Positions 11,652-23,284 of a stretch of 64,000 nucleotides of DNA are shown here, piece by piece. The stretch spans positions 2,232,001-2,296,000 of the forward strand of contig CM068761.1 of assembly GCA_035084275.1 (NCBI GenBank), given 5' to 3'. Source of the DNA: Hydrolagus colliei (taxonomy: Eukaryota). The notes below the pieces were generated by a model. That model was not told the DNA's origin and did not search any database. It was given only the letters and a program-made list of their open reading frames with translations. The translations under genes and the position numbers were made by a program. Each line of letters opens with the position of its first letter. Position 1 is the first letter of the stretch.

Positions 11652-11809
11652 TAATAATAATAATAATCCTTACATTTATCTAGCGCTTTCCACATCTTAT
11701 CGACGTCTCAAAGCGCTTCACAGAATACAACAACATCCCAAGGTTGGGACCAGAGCAGGAGGGAGGGGTCATGGTTGGGGGAAGGAAAGTAGGAAAATTG
11801 ACTGTATAT
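11652..11809 (-). mobile_element. SINE 3' tail with an internal L2-like replacement segment (11728-11793)
   Basis: SINE tail to CACAGAATA, then a G-rich segment like the L2 subterminal region, then AAATTGACTGTATAT. Confidence 0.7.
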
Positions 11810-11904
11810 ATATCAACCATGATTGAAATTAATATATTCCAATAAGAGTGTCCGTTTCCCTCCCCCCTAATATGCCTATGACCAGGCTGATCCTGGCAAA
11901 ACAT

Positions 11905-12185
11905 TGGGAGGATGTACCAAAGCGCTCATCAGTCAAGGGTCGGGACCCGACCCCAGTGGAGGTGTAGGGTAAGGAGAGGGGAGGATGGCAGAAGGCACGA
12001 CCAAAGAGGAGGGTCTTGAGACCCGGCCTTGAAGGAGACGAGGGAGGAAACGAGACGAAGGGATTGCGGGATGGAGTTCTAATGTGTGGGGGCAGAGAGG
12101 CTGAGAGCCAGGCCACCGATGGTAGGTCGAGTCGGGCGGTAGACACGGGGCAGAACGGAGCCCACTGAATGGAGGGGACGGGCAG
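11905..12185 (-). mobile_element. L2-type LINE 3' relic
   Basis: CAAAGCGCTC...GACCAAAGAGGAGGGTCTTGAG...GGAGTTC...CCACCGATGGT, similar to the other antisense L2 copies. Confidence 0.65.
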
Positions 12186-12199
12186 GTTCATTGGGAGAG

Positions 12200-12587
12200 T
12201 CTCTACGACTACCTCTGCGACTTCCTAACCACCTACCAACCTGCCCACCCCCCTCCGCTCAGCAGGCTCAGGCCAGCTCCACGTCTCCCGACCCACCAGC
12301 CCCAACATTGGCGGGGTGAGCCTTCGGCCACTCTAACCCTCCCCTCCCCCCACTCCCCTTCCCGACCTCTGGATCTCCATCCCGCAGTCCCTCTGCCTCG
12401 CCCCTCCCCGTCCCCTCCCTGGCCCTCCCTTTCAAGTCCCGCCTCAAGACCATCCTTGTCGACTGGTCCCCATCGGTCATCCCAAATTTCGTTCCTCCAT
12501 CCCCGACCCCAGGTCAGATCTGAGACCGATGAAACAATGGCTACCCAATCGCTTTACCTGTCGTGAAAGGCGTTGTTGTTGTTGTTG
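12200..12587 (+). mobile_element. L2-type LINE 3' relic
   Basis: Reads YLCDFLTTYQPAHPLRSAGSGQLHVSR..NIGG (L2 ORF2 end), then TTCAAGTCCCGCCTCAAGACC and a (GTT)n tail at 12572-12587. Confidence 0.7.
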
Positions 12588-12589
12588 AC

Positions 12590-13470
12590 ACCAACCAACC
12601 GCCGCGCCTGCGCAGATTGTTCGATGGGTGTCTAGTGGTGGTGGTGGTGGGGGGGGGTTTGCGCGTGTTGCATGGTGGGGGGTGTAGTTCGTCCCGGGGT
12701 CAGTCAGTCAGTCAATCGGTCGGTGGCAGCGGGAGAGGTGGGGAGGTGTGCGCTTGCGCACTGGCGCCAGTCGGGAATCGAGTTGCGCGCGGAGCGGGAG
12801 GGCGGCGTCGCCGAGCGCGCGCGCGCGCGCATGTGTGTGCGCGTGTTGCCGCTGTCGGTTGCCACACAGAACATTCGTTCCTTGCCGTCGCCTCAGCGAG
12901 GAGCTCGAGCTCTGGTGCCTGGTAACGGACGGCGGCGGCGGCGTCGTCGTCGTCGCCCGCGTCGTTCGCGTCCCCCTCAGCAACACAGCGATAGCAACTA
13001 CAAGTACAACTACAGCAACAGTCGAGGCAGCAGGAGGAGACGTACACAGCTTTTTCCCTCAGCAAGACAGCCCGGTCAAGCCACCGGAGGAGAGATTTAT
13101 TAGTACAGCTGGGAGCCAGGAGTGGAAAGGGGGGAAGGTGGGGAGGGAGTGGGGGGGGGGGGGCGAGAATTATGCCGCTGTGCCCCTGGAACGGCACCGA
13201 TTTGAGGAGAAGCCGGAGCCGCAGCTCTTACGATTCGAAATGATGCCGTTTGCTCTGAGGGAGAGGAGCTGAGGAGGGGGTTGGGTGGGATTGTTGGGGT
13301 GGCAGGAGGCAGAGGGCAGGCGAGGCGAGCCTGTCAAGGCAGTCAGTCAGTATGTGCAGCCGCTGCTACTGCTGCCGAGCTGCTCCGGGTTCCCATCCGA
13401 CCTCTTGATGCTACACTATTTTGCTATACAAATATGATGAAATGGCAGCCCAGGAAGAAGGTAAGCCAGA
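12590..13470 (+). promoter_or_regulatory. CpG-island promoter / 5' end of an unidentified gene
   Basis: Very high GC and CpG density in a CpG-depleted background. NRF1-like GCGCCTGCGC (~12604) and TGCGCTTGCGCA (12749-12760), (GC)8 tract, RFX-like GTGCCTGGTAAC (~12915), (CGG)/(CGT) repeats. Confidence 0.85.
13442..13460 (+). CDS. Candidate coding end of first exon (MAAQEE+G, phase 1; alternative ATG at 13434 gives MMKWQPRKK, phase 0); may instead be a non-coding exon
   Basis: Strong Kozak context gaaATGG at 13442, followed by a consensus donor AAG|GTAAGC at 13460/13461 and downstream G-runs. Product not recognised. Confidence 0.4.
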
Positions 13471-13869
13471 GACGGGAGGTGGGGGGTGGGGGGGGGGGGG
13501 GGGGGGTAAACTGAACAAAAACACACTCACAAGGATAAGTCAAGATAATCTTGTGTGTGGGGAGAGGGGTCTCTCACAAGCCCTAGGGTGGGATGGGGAT
13601 GGTAGGGGGGGGGGGGGGGGGGGGGGAGCTGTGTTGCTTGCTGGTTTGACACTTTTATTTTTTCTCTCTCTCTCTCTGCCTGAAAAGTGAATGTGTTGGA
13701 ATCGAGCTCGCTTTTGGCTTTTCGTTTTTTTTTTTAACGATCGCAAACCCAACTCCACACACACAGACACACACAGACACACACTCAAGCAAACACACTT
13801 AACGATCTGGGATGCAATGACAGTGATCCAATGCTGCGAAAAACTTTACACTCTCTTCTCTCATATACT

Positions 13870-13874
<5 letters not shown>

Positions 13875-13915
<41 letters not shown>

Positions 13916-13920
13916 TATAT
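13875..13920. repeat. (TA)n/(CA)n microsatellite
   Basis: Read directly from the sequence. Confidence 0.95.
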
Positions 13921-16900
13921 TTTCACGGAATTGAAGCATTTCCTTGTTCCAAATACTGTCTGTTCGAGCCCGCTGGTTCAGGAATGTAGCACTCGTTTAA
14001 TTATGTGTGTTGAACACCTTTAAGTATTAAAAGCCTGGCCAGTGCCCCCCCCACTCCTCCTCACCCCCCCCCCCCCCCCCCCCCCCCACAGCCCCTGGTC
14101 TGGGGTGAGATGTCAGATAGTACATTTAAACCTGAAATATTTCTGTGCCAACACATCGGACTGGTGGGTGGGTTTGGGTGTACGTGTAAAATTCTGTGCA
14201 AAAAAACAAGTGAGCAGAATCAATGCAAAACAGTGCTCAACGTGGCCATTGGGGCTCTGTAGATAATATGTGGTTATCGGGGGAAACTCGAACACTTTTG
14301 AGTGTAAAATCGTTATTATCTTTTTATATCGAGTTTTTTTTCCCCCTGCCCCCCCCCCCAAAAAAAAACAACGTTTCGAAACATTTTTTTTTGCTGCTGA
14401 GGGTTGTAATCGACAATCCTCACTTGGACATTGGCAAACAGATTCTTCCCGTTTGATTTGCAGCCAGATTATGTATATGCATCGGAAAGAAAGCCGCACC
14501 ATTGTTTGAGAGTTTCTCACCCGCTACTTCTTAAATATTAATGAAATAATATATAAAGTTGACATTTTATCGGTTGCTGGAATGGCTTGTACCCCGGGCT
14601 GTGTGAGCCCTTGCGTTTCCCAAGAGCTGATATACTGTATTTCCTTGGCTGTATATGGGTCCCACTGGGTGGGTGGGGTGGGGGGGGGGGGGGGTAATGA
14701 AGTTTTAAAGCAGGGTCGGAAAAAGTACATTCAGCGGAAAACAAAATGAAAAAGAGATATAAAGCTATTTGAAAAATGTGGCACCGCAGAGGTACATTTC
14801 AATGACAGTCGTTTGGAAGCGAAAGAAGTTGCAAGAGATTCCGAGTCATTCCGAACGTGATTTGTTCTACACATGGGAATGTCCTGAGATGAAAATCCCG
14901 TTAAAATTGACGATTTTTGTTTTTGAAAAAAAACAGATGTTCGATAATCTATAGTTTTATACAGCGCTTATTTGATTATAAGGTACAATTTGTGATTAGT
15001 GTCTCGGAGCTACAATATGACTAAATCGTTTTTTTTTTAAAAAAAGTTATAAATGATTCCAGGGTATACAAAGTGATTTATTTCCTCCCTCTTTTGGCAA
15101 AGTCTTGTTTTTAGTAATGTGCACCCTGTAGTATTTTTTACTCAAACAGAATCTGCCTCCAACATTTGAGACATTAAGTACTTATGCATATCGAGTGTCT
15201 GGGTAGATTAGGGAAATATTGTACTTTGAGGTGAAATTGAAAAAAAAATCCATGCATTTGCATTCTCAATAGTGAATTTTCTAATCCTCTAATCGTTTAA
15301 TATGAATAATATTGACTTCCCTGCCTCCCTGACACAAGTTACCCCATCAGTTTTTAGTATACACCCTGTTATATTCGCCATATGAAATGTTACATTTCTG
15401 CATCATCGCTGTGGCATTTGCTGCCGTGATCGACGCGGTTCTTGTGGTTTTAAGTAAAGAGGAGTCCCCAGAGGGTTAAGATATGACGTATTTAATAGAG
15501 ATCAGCTGCTTGGAAAGATTTGGCATCTTTACTGTGCGGAATAGAGTTCGGTGAGAAATGGCTATGAATGCTCAAGTATTCAGGCCCAGGCCGTGTTCGT
15601 GGCTGTAAGGAGTACTGGAAGTGCAGAGCTGAAATTTACGAGTCGACAATAAAAGGCAGGAGAAAATAGAGGCATTTGAATAGATTTCTCTGCTTTCAAA
15701 ACAAAAGATTGATGATGTTCCTTCTTCCTGCGTTAAAAGGCATCGTACAATTCCAATGTTAAAAAGATGCTGAGCTTGGGCCATTTTATCTTCCTGTTAT
15801 TTTGTGTGTCCTTTCCAGTTCACCACCACAACAGGAGTGCTGAAAAAAGAATGTGAAATCTGGCAAGCTCTTATGTTTTTCGGTTGATCTGTACATCAAG
15901 ATGAACTAAATTTATCACATTCAATAAAGGTCACACACCAGGGAGAAGATTTTATCTTTCTGGAGCAGAATTCATTCAATTTATTTATATTTCAGGAACT
16001 ATTTGACTGGAAACTTTATTTCAGATGAATAAAGGAGCAGATTGTGAAATATTGATACCCACACACTAGATGTCACTACTGCATTAAGTGAGTTGAATCC
16101 CCAGGGTGGAATTACCATCTGCCACTACCAACATTACATACCCACTCCCATAAACAATCCCTTATTTATCAAATTTGTTGAATAGACTCTTGTTTTCTTT
16201 TGTTGTTGCATGAGCTTTGCAAATATCTTCCCACCGGGAAAACAACTGAATAGCCATTGAATATAAGAATAGGGGTGAAGGGAGATTGTCAACAAAAAAA
16301 TATTTTTAATCAACTGGTTATAATTTGTGTCATCTAATTTTGACCTGAATTCTTCAGATGCGAAATTTGTGGATATTAGTGATGAGAATTAGCGGGATTT
16401 TGTTTTTGGTCAGCCGGTGTCTGCTCCATGCTGAAACCAATTGAGTATCCACATTAGACTGAGAGCTCCAACAATGTATGCCATAAATGCATAGAGGTTT
16501 CCTAGTGTCTGAAATGGAATACTTTCTCCCTGGATCTAATTCTAGAGAGTATGGACAGCAATAGATTGGAGAGAGCCAAGGCTCGGGCACCTAGAAGGTG
16601 TGTGGAGTGCAAGTTAAACCACATAGCTTGCCATTGAAAGCTTTCTCTGGGAAGCTTCCTGTTGATTGTCCAGTTGAGCACCCTGCCCAATAGGACTTTC
16701 AAGGGTAACAGGAGTTGATTGCGAGGAATTTCTGCCCCAGTGAAGAGCCAGATGACTGGTGTGGGGTGGTTGGCAGTATCTTAGCATCTGACATTCTGTT
16801 GTCCAATCATGACATCTTGGAGCCAGCTGAGCTGGAATGGGGGTTGAATGCAGGCAGGACTGACAATGCTTAAGTGGAAACATCTTGCTTATGTTTGAAC

Positions 16901-17144
16901 GTGTACTCCATACATACATGTACATTTATTCTTGTGAATACACCATTCAAGTAACCTATTGAAATTGTGGTTGAACTTGTGAACTGCATCTTGGACCTTT
17001 GACCCACAGTGAAATGAAAAGCAATGAAAAGTAGCATTGAGTGACTATCTTTGGACAGCAGGTTTTCTGCTTGGGAGTATTGGGGGGAATTTCTACGATT
17101 GGTTCATTTTGGGGGTTAAACATTTTCTGACTTCAAAGAGTTTA

Positions 17145-17425
17145 ATTCCTGTAGTGTAGTGATTAGTGGGCTTGCGTTATAAGACTTGGGTTCGTTTCCC
17201 GGGTGGGGTAAACCTTAGGTACGTTTCCAAACTCCACACACACATACATACCTCTGTTTATCCAGCCATGAGTAGGAACTTCCTTGTTGGATCACTTCCT
17301 GGGGTTATTAATCCCTCATAAAATATAATAATAATTGGATCACTCACTCTACAACTGTTGTGGGGTACTGCTGTGTGGCTGCTAATTTCACTCACAGAAT
17401 GCACAGTCACTACATTTTACAGTAT
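17145..17425 (+). mobile_element. Older, longer tRNA-headed SINE variant; tail remnant resumes at ~17751-17800
   Basis: Diverged head CCTGTAGTGTAGTGATTAG...GGTTCGTTTCCCGG. Extra central segment CTCTGTTTATCCAGCCATGAGTAGGAAC. Body to TTTACAGTAT. Confidence 0.7.
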
Positions 17426-17709
17426 ATAATAATCCTTGCATTTGATATTGTGCTTTTCACGTCTTCTAGACGACTCAAAGTGCTTCACAGAATATACTGT
17501 AAAGTAAATTGACTGTATATTTGTTGTCGAAATGTGGCAGCCAAATTGCGCACAGCAACATTCCACAAACAGTCATGGATTGAAATGGCCAATTTTTTTT
17601 TCAAGAGATTATTATCAGGCATTGGAGTAAGGACACTTGCCCAAGGTTTCGCCCTGCCTGGAATTGAACCCACTTTTAAGGTGAGTGTTCTTACCATTGA
17701 GCTACAGTA
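17426..17709 (-). mobile_element. tRNA-derived SINE, near full length, nested in the older SINE
   Basis: Tail ATAATAATCCTTGCATTTG through head ...CCATTGAGCTACAG. Confidence 0.9.
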
Positions 17710-19202
17710 CTTTCTTAGGTGGGTTGTGACTTCCTTTTCTCTAATTCTATAGTGTGTGAAGTAATTTGAAATGTCTCAACGATATGATGAGGTGCTGTAA
17801 GATTTATGCTGAATGAAAAATCCAGTCCCTTTGTTTAAAGATGTTTTCTGCTTGTCCCATCTATTTAGCTGGATGTGTCCTTTCTGTTTCTTGGGTAACA
17901 ATGAGGAGGGGACTTGGTCTCAACATTTTGCCCACAGTGTTCAACAGATCTGAGAAAACAGTGTTTTGCCATTCACAGATTTTAATTTTTCTCTGCCCAA
18001 CGTATAGGTAAATATTTGATCTGTGCTTGGCATTTTCTCAATTTATTTAACTAGAGTTCTGTGCACCATCATATGCTGCCATATTTTGCATTTGCATACT
18101 AATCAATGTCATAATATATTTGTTTCAACCATTTTACTTAAATAGTTTAAGTACGCTGTGAATAGTTGTTGGGTTGGAGCTAGGATTTGGGGAAATGTGA
18201 ATGGAGGAAAGATGTTATACAGAAGCATTAAACCCTTATCATTACAGTATTTCTCCAGTGTTCAGGATTCACGCTTCCCACTATCTCTCCCATTTAATCC
18301 TGCTGTTAGCTAAGACTTCAAATAAACTCAGGAAAATGGTGTGTCATATATTAGCAAATCATTTGTATGCAGACATCATCTTTATATATGGTTTTTAGAC
18401 CGAATATTGGCAAACTGTGCCCACCTTTTATGAAAGATGGAAGAGAAATTGAGTGAATGGGAGAGAGGCAAAGCTCCCTCTCTAATCTTTCTACTATTCA
18501 TGTAAAATGGGGTGTAAATTGATCCATATTTGGAATTATTGTATGGGCATTCACAACTAACCAAGTACATTCCTGCCCAATCAGTGGATCTCAATGTTGG
18601 CCTGATGATTTAAAGTGATGTGGGTTTAATTTCTGCTGTTTCTATTCTTGTTTTAATCCGTCATGTATTTGCCACAGAAGAATATAAAAAATTTAAACAC
18701 ACTTGCCGTTGAAAGGCTGAGATTTAATACCACTCGCTAATATGGAACTTTTATCATGCAGCATTTTAAAATGTTCACATAGTGAATAACTTTGAACAAC
18801 AGCTATCCCGCTAATGGCAATCAGTGAATGATCAATTGTTTTTCATGTGAACATTGATGAGGTAAGAATGTTGCCCTGGACATCCTTTATCAGTTCTCAA
18901 CAGACAGATTCTGATCAGTTTATTCAAAATTCAACCCTAAAATATTTCGTTTGATTTCAGCACTGAGAAGGCTGATCTGAAGAAAGAGACATTTTCAGCC
19001 CCAAAAAAGGCCAATTGGTCCAAGTCGGTGCTACTGCGAATACTATAAATCATTTTTTAATATCAATCCTGTTTTCCAGCTCTTTCCCCATAATGCCCTT
19101 TTTTAAAAAAAAATACAAGGCCAAATGAAAAAGAAACCTCTTGCTTGCACCAAATGTGGGGCAGGTACTTGGGAGTTTGGGTTTGTCAGAAGTTGGCCAG
19201 AC

Positions 19203-19333
19203 CATGACTGTTTGTAGGACACAGTGCTATGTGCAATTGGCTACTGGGTTTCACTCACAAATATACAGTCAATTTACTTTACAGTATATTCTGTGAAGCA
19301 CTTTGAGACATTTAGAAGACGTGAAAATGACAC
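19203..19333 (+). mobile_element. tRNA-derived SINE, 5'-truncated
   Basis: CATGACTGTTTGTAGGACAC...CACAAATATACAGTCAATTTACTTTACAG...GAAGACGTGAAAA. Confidence 0.88.
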
Positions 19334-19401
19334 TGAATGGTTTTTCAAATGTAAGTTCACCTGCCATAGCAGATTGACTTCTGGTATTTCGCCAAAAATG
19401 A

Positions 19402-19762
19402 AATAATAATAATCCTTGCATTTGATCTAGCACTTTTTACATCTTCTGGACATATCAAAGCGCTTTACAGAATATACTGTAAAGTGAATTGGCTGTATGA
19501 AGCGCTCTGAGACGCTGCCTGGCGTGGAGGGCACTATATAAATCTAAGTTGTACATATGTGGGCCAAATCTGGCAGTCATTTGCATACAGCAGTGTTCCA
19601 CAAACAGTCGTGGATTGAAATTATCAATTTATTATTCATTTTTTGAGGGATTATTATTAGGCGTGTGGAGTAAGAAAACTTCCCCAACGTTTCACCCTAC
19701 CTGATAGTGAAACCAAATCTCTTGCTTGTAAAGTGAGTGCTCTAACCACTGAGCTACGGGAC
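19402..19762 (-). mobile_element. tRNA-derived SINE, full length, with an antisense L2-tail insertion (19498-19549)
   Basis: Complete tail-to-head match. Insert TGAAGCGCTCTGAGACGCTGCCTGGCGTGGAGGGCACTATATAAATCTAAGT flanked by TGTA. Confidence 0.9.
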
Positions 19763-20829
19763 ACTGTCATCACTGATTGATTTACATTTATGCACAAAGT
19801 ATAGTGCAATCAAGAGAATACAATGCATATACCAGTGGAGAATTGGGCATATTTCCTGCCAACTTTGGTAAATTTAGCAACAATCAGAAACTGCAAAATG
19901 ACTTTGAAAATATTTTGGTGGTCAACTATTACTGTTCAATAATTCTTTACATTGAAGCCTCATCAGCTCAGTGGGGGTTGGGGAGGTAGGGTTTGCTGTG
20001 TAAAATTCTATCCAAATACAATATACACTTTCAGTAGGTATAATGTTACTGTAGAATTAACAAATCATTTATAATTCAACCAATATTTCTGCATTTAAAT
20101 TAAATTTCTGCATCTGATAATAATAGCTATCCCTTTACTGAAGATGGCTATCAATGTAACATATGTTTATGCATTTCCCATAACTACAGAACCAGAAGTA
20201 AGTCTATAGACAGTAATCTAATATAATGCTGCAACTGTAGTAATGCTATATACTGTAGATAGATATCTGCAGTGAAGTGGAGTGTGCGTCCTTAGAAATG
20301 CAGGAAATAATCCTAACAATTACAGCATTAATGAATAAATCATGAGTGATATGTCCCACAGAAACACAGCACCTATCTGTTAACATGAACCATGGCCATT
20401 GGAAAATAGCATCTTAGCTGAAAAGGCAGGGATAGGAATGACCCCAAAATGTAATTATTTTAAAAAAAACCTACACCATTCTGAAATCGTCTTGCAGTTA
20501 AATGGTTTTGTGTAGCAATTTGTCACGTGTTTCTGAGGCCCCTAAGGCATGGAAATGAATTAGAATCACTTTTTTGCTGCAGATGTTTAAAATAGTGTCA
20601 CAATGAATCGATTTTTTTCCGCTGCACAGCGCATTGCTACGTGATACCATTTCTTCCCATCAGTGAAATAAAATGTGGGTTAAACTACCTCTTCTGGGCA
20701 GACATTATTATTGGAATTAAGGCAAATATACTTGTTATTTGATTGGAATTTGGATTTCAGTGTTGTTAATTATTTGCCATTTCTTGCAACAAGAGGCAGC
20801 GTTATCAGGAATGAAAAAGTAAATATAAT

Positions 20830-21212
20830 GAGGATTACCAGTTTCTGATATTAATCGATAAAATTGGGAATTGTTGATTTTCCCCCCACCAATTGTCTCC
20901 AAAGGAAAATTATTCCTCCTGTTAAATATAGTTTCTTTTACAAAAAAAAATATTTTAATGTCTGGAATTACAAAAATTACCAAATTCTGGGTTGTGAGGT
21001 CAACATGGAGGTCAGGTCCAATGTTGCACCCACGAGCTATAAGTAGCAAAGCCACTAAGATCACTTACTGCACAATGCAACAAGACCCAGAGGTCAGCCA
21101 TATTTAGAATCAAACCAATTGCTAAAAATTTAAAACATCTGAAAATTATGCAAAATGTCGATATTATCTGACCCAAATTAAAACAAATCTATATCGAAAG
21201 CCGGCAACCCTG
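20830..21212. mobile_element. hAT-type non-autonomous DNA transposon (MITE)
   Basis: Right TIR ATATCGAAAGCCGGCAACCCTG versus degenerate left GAGGATTACCAGTTTCTGATAT. 8-bp flanks AATATAAT / AATATAAA (7/8) fit a hAT TSD. Confidence 0.6.
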
Positions 21213-21414
21213 AATATAAATGTGACCTTTAGTTCTTGCGAGCTAAATGCCACCAATCCTGCTCCTCTGAGATAATGTTAAAACTTTAAAAGAGTAGATT
21301 TGTGATGTGCAGAATGCACAATTTAATTCTGAAAATCTAGATTTCAAACAAATTGGGAAATATTTAAGGAGCTGTTAAAATTAATTCCAGCTAAATCAAC
21401 ATTGATTGAAAGAC

Positions 21415-21740
21415 AACATAGAATTACATAGAATGTTGCAGCATGGAAATGAGCCATTTGGCTGAACTAGTTTCCACACAATTATACTCCAATGAGCCTG
21501 TATCCATTCTGATTGCCTCTCATGCCTCTCTATTCCCATCTACCTCACTCATATACATCAGATTTCTTGTTAAATCTTGATGCTCTTTGCTTTAGTTTAC
21601 AGCAGTGAGCTCTTTCCTTTAGTTTACAGCGGTGAGTTTTATACTCTCACTACCCTGTGCGTAAAGTTCATGTTATACTCTATTTTAGAAATGCCACTAG
21701 CAATCTTTCATTTATGCACCTAATTTTGTTCTTTTCAGTG
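21415..21740 (-). mobile_element. CR1-type LINE 3' end relic
   Basis: ACATAGAATTACATAGAA tail repeat, GAGCCATTTGGC, ...CTCACTACCCTGTGCGTAAAG. Confidence 0.6.
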
Positions 21741-21839
21741 GAAATTCACCTTATCCTATATGGAGGATAGTCAGAAATGGGAACTACAGTCTGGAAGGAA
21801 GTTTTGAGTGCGGCACATTTGGCAATTTTAATATATAAA

Positions 21840-22235
21840 CAACTTGCAAATGCTGAGAGGTGGCAAATGCTGTTCATTGTAGATAATTATAATAGTGAAT
21901 AGTGTCAGAGCAAGAGGGAGATAGGTGTTAAATGGAACAATTATAGAGTATATTTATCAGAACTGATTTTTGGGGGTTAGTGCATAGAAATCTATAAAAC
22001 TATTAGCTCAGTCGTTGTGGCTGTGAAAGGCAATTAAAGTACATGGTTAAGTTACCAGAGGGAGAGTGTATAACCAAAATAGGTTGTGTTATTTCTCTGT
22101 GAGACTTTTATAAGAGCCAAAATGGAATACTACATATAACCTTCACTTAATATGAGGAAGGATTTTATTACCCTTGAAAGAGCACAGGGTGAGTAACCAA
22201 AGTGATAATCTGGTTTTGGAAAATCTACTTTATGT
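21840..22235 (+). mobile_element. Degenerate CR1 ORF2 (RT C-terminal) fragment
   Basis: Residual WQM-FN (GGTGGCAAATGCTGTTCATTG), LEY and KD..LE..Q (GAAGGATTTTATTACCCTTGAAAGAGCACAG) motifs. Confidence 0.6.
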
Positions 22236-22689
22236 GGTAAACTGAGTGTCTGAACCAAGCGGAAACCCATTTCCATGGTCAAGGACATCCAAATCAAACT
22301 GAGAGGTTCTACATATGTGTGCCACTTCCAAATGAAAATGTTGCTGGGTCTGAGATGGAATATGCACTCTCTTCCTGGAGGGGCTTAGGCTGCATACCTA
22401 ATCTGGAAAGAATTAGGCACAGGTTGGCATGAGCCAAAATTTAGGGACCCAAGAGTGTGTGTTTGGGGATATTGCCGGAGATAATCCAGTTAAAACCACT
22501 CAGCTTGCTATTGTTAGTACTGTTTAGCAAACTTCCCGTTGCTTGTATTGTTAGGCCCAACCTACCTTTTTAGGGTTTGGCTTACTCCGTGATGCTAACC
22601 GCGTAAATCAATAGTTACAATCTCATTAAGGACTGTCAGGGTAGGGTTTGATTTGTAGATTTGTTTTGAAATCTACCCAACAAGTTTCT

Positions 22690-22822
22690 GCTTCAACATG
22701 TTTACGGCCACCTCCGCCCAACACCCTGCCCCTGGCTTGGAGTCCAGGCTCCGCCACTGTTAAGCACTTTGAGATGCTACCCGGTGTGGAGTTTACTATG
22801 TAAGTGGAAGTTGTTGTTGTAG
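22690..22822 (+). mobile_element. L2 3' tail fragment
   Basis: CCCTGCCCCTGGCTTGG...ACTGTTAAGCACTTTGAGATGC...AAGTTGTTGTTG. Confidence 0.75.
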
Positions 22823-22929
22823 TATTGCCTCCTATTCTATAGAGAATAGGTCTCTTGAGATATTGTGGCAAGCAATTTAACCTGAAAGGTATGTTAACAA
22901 AATAAACAAGTGATGTTTAAAACTTATTA

Positions 22930-23140
22930 TAGTAAAAGCCCTTTATCCGGCACCCTTGGGACCTGGCCAATGCCGGTTAAAGTGCCTGCCGGATATTCGA
23001 CCAAAAACGCCCCCCCCAAAAAAAAAATTCAATGCATTTTTCCCGGATAAATTCCGGTTAATCGAATGCAGACTTTTTTTGTGATGCTGGCTAAAAGGAA
23101 GTTGCAGTTGAGCGGGTGCTGGATAAATGGGCTTTTACCA
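22930..23140. mobile_element. Tigger/pogo-like MITE (211 bp)
   Basis: TIRs TAGTAAAAGCCCTTTATCCGGCACCC and GGGTGCTGGATAAATGGGCTTTTACCA, with TA on both flanks. Confidence 0.85.
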
Positions 23141-23284
23141 TACATGGATTCAGTGAACTATACTGTGTGTGTTTGTGTGTATATATAGAACCCTTCAGGC
23201 ATGGTAGCATTTGGAGCTAAGTAACTGGTGGGTTAAATATTACAACTCAATACTAAGTTCTGGCAAATCCAATACTCAGTAAAG

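Noticed and set aside
12563-13272. Overlapping 92-174 aa ORFs in the CpG island
   Set aside because: Expected from the scarcity of stop codons in GC-rich DNA; low-complexity composition.
14060-14090. Poly-C/poly-G runs as specific regulatory elements
   Set aside because: They occur throughout the window (e.g. 33280, 43080, 53825, 58068) and look like a genome-wide background feature.
16400-16900. Possible LTR or exon-like GC-richer segment
   Set aside because: No TG..CA ends, TSD, splice pair or recognisable protein found; left unclassified.
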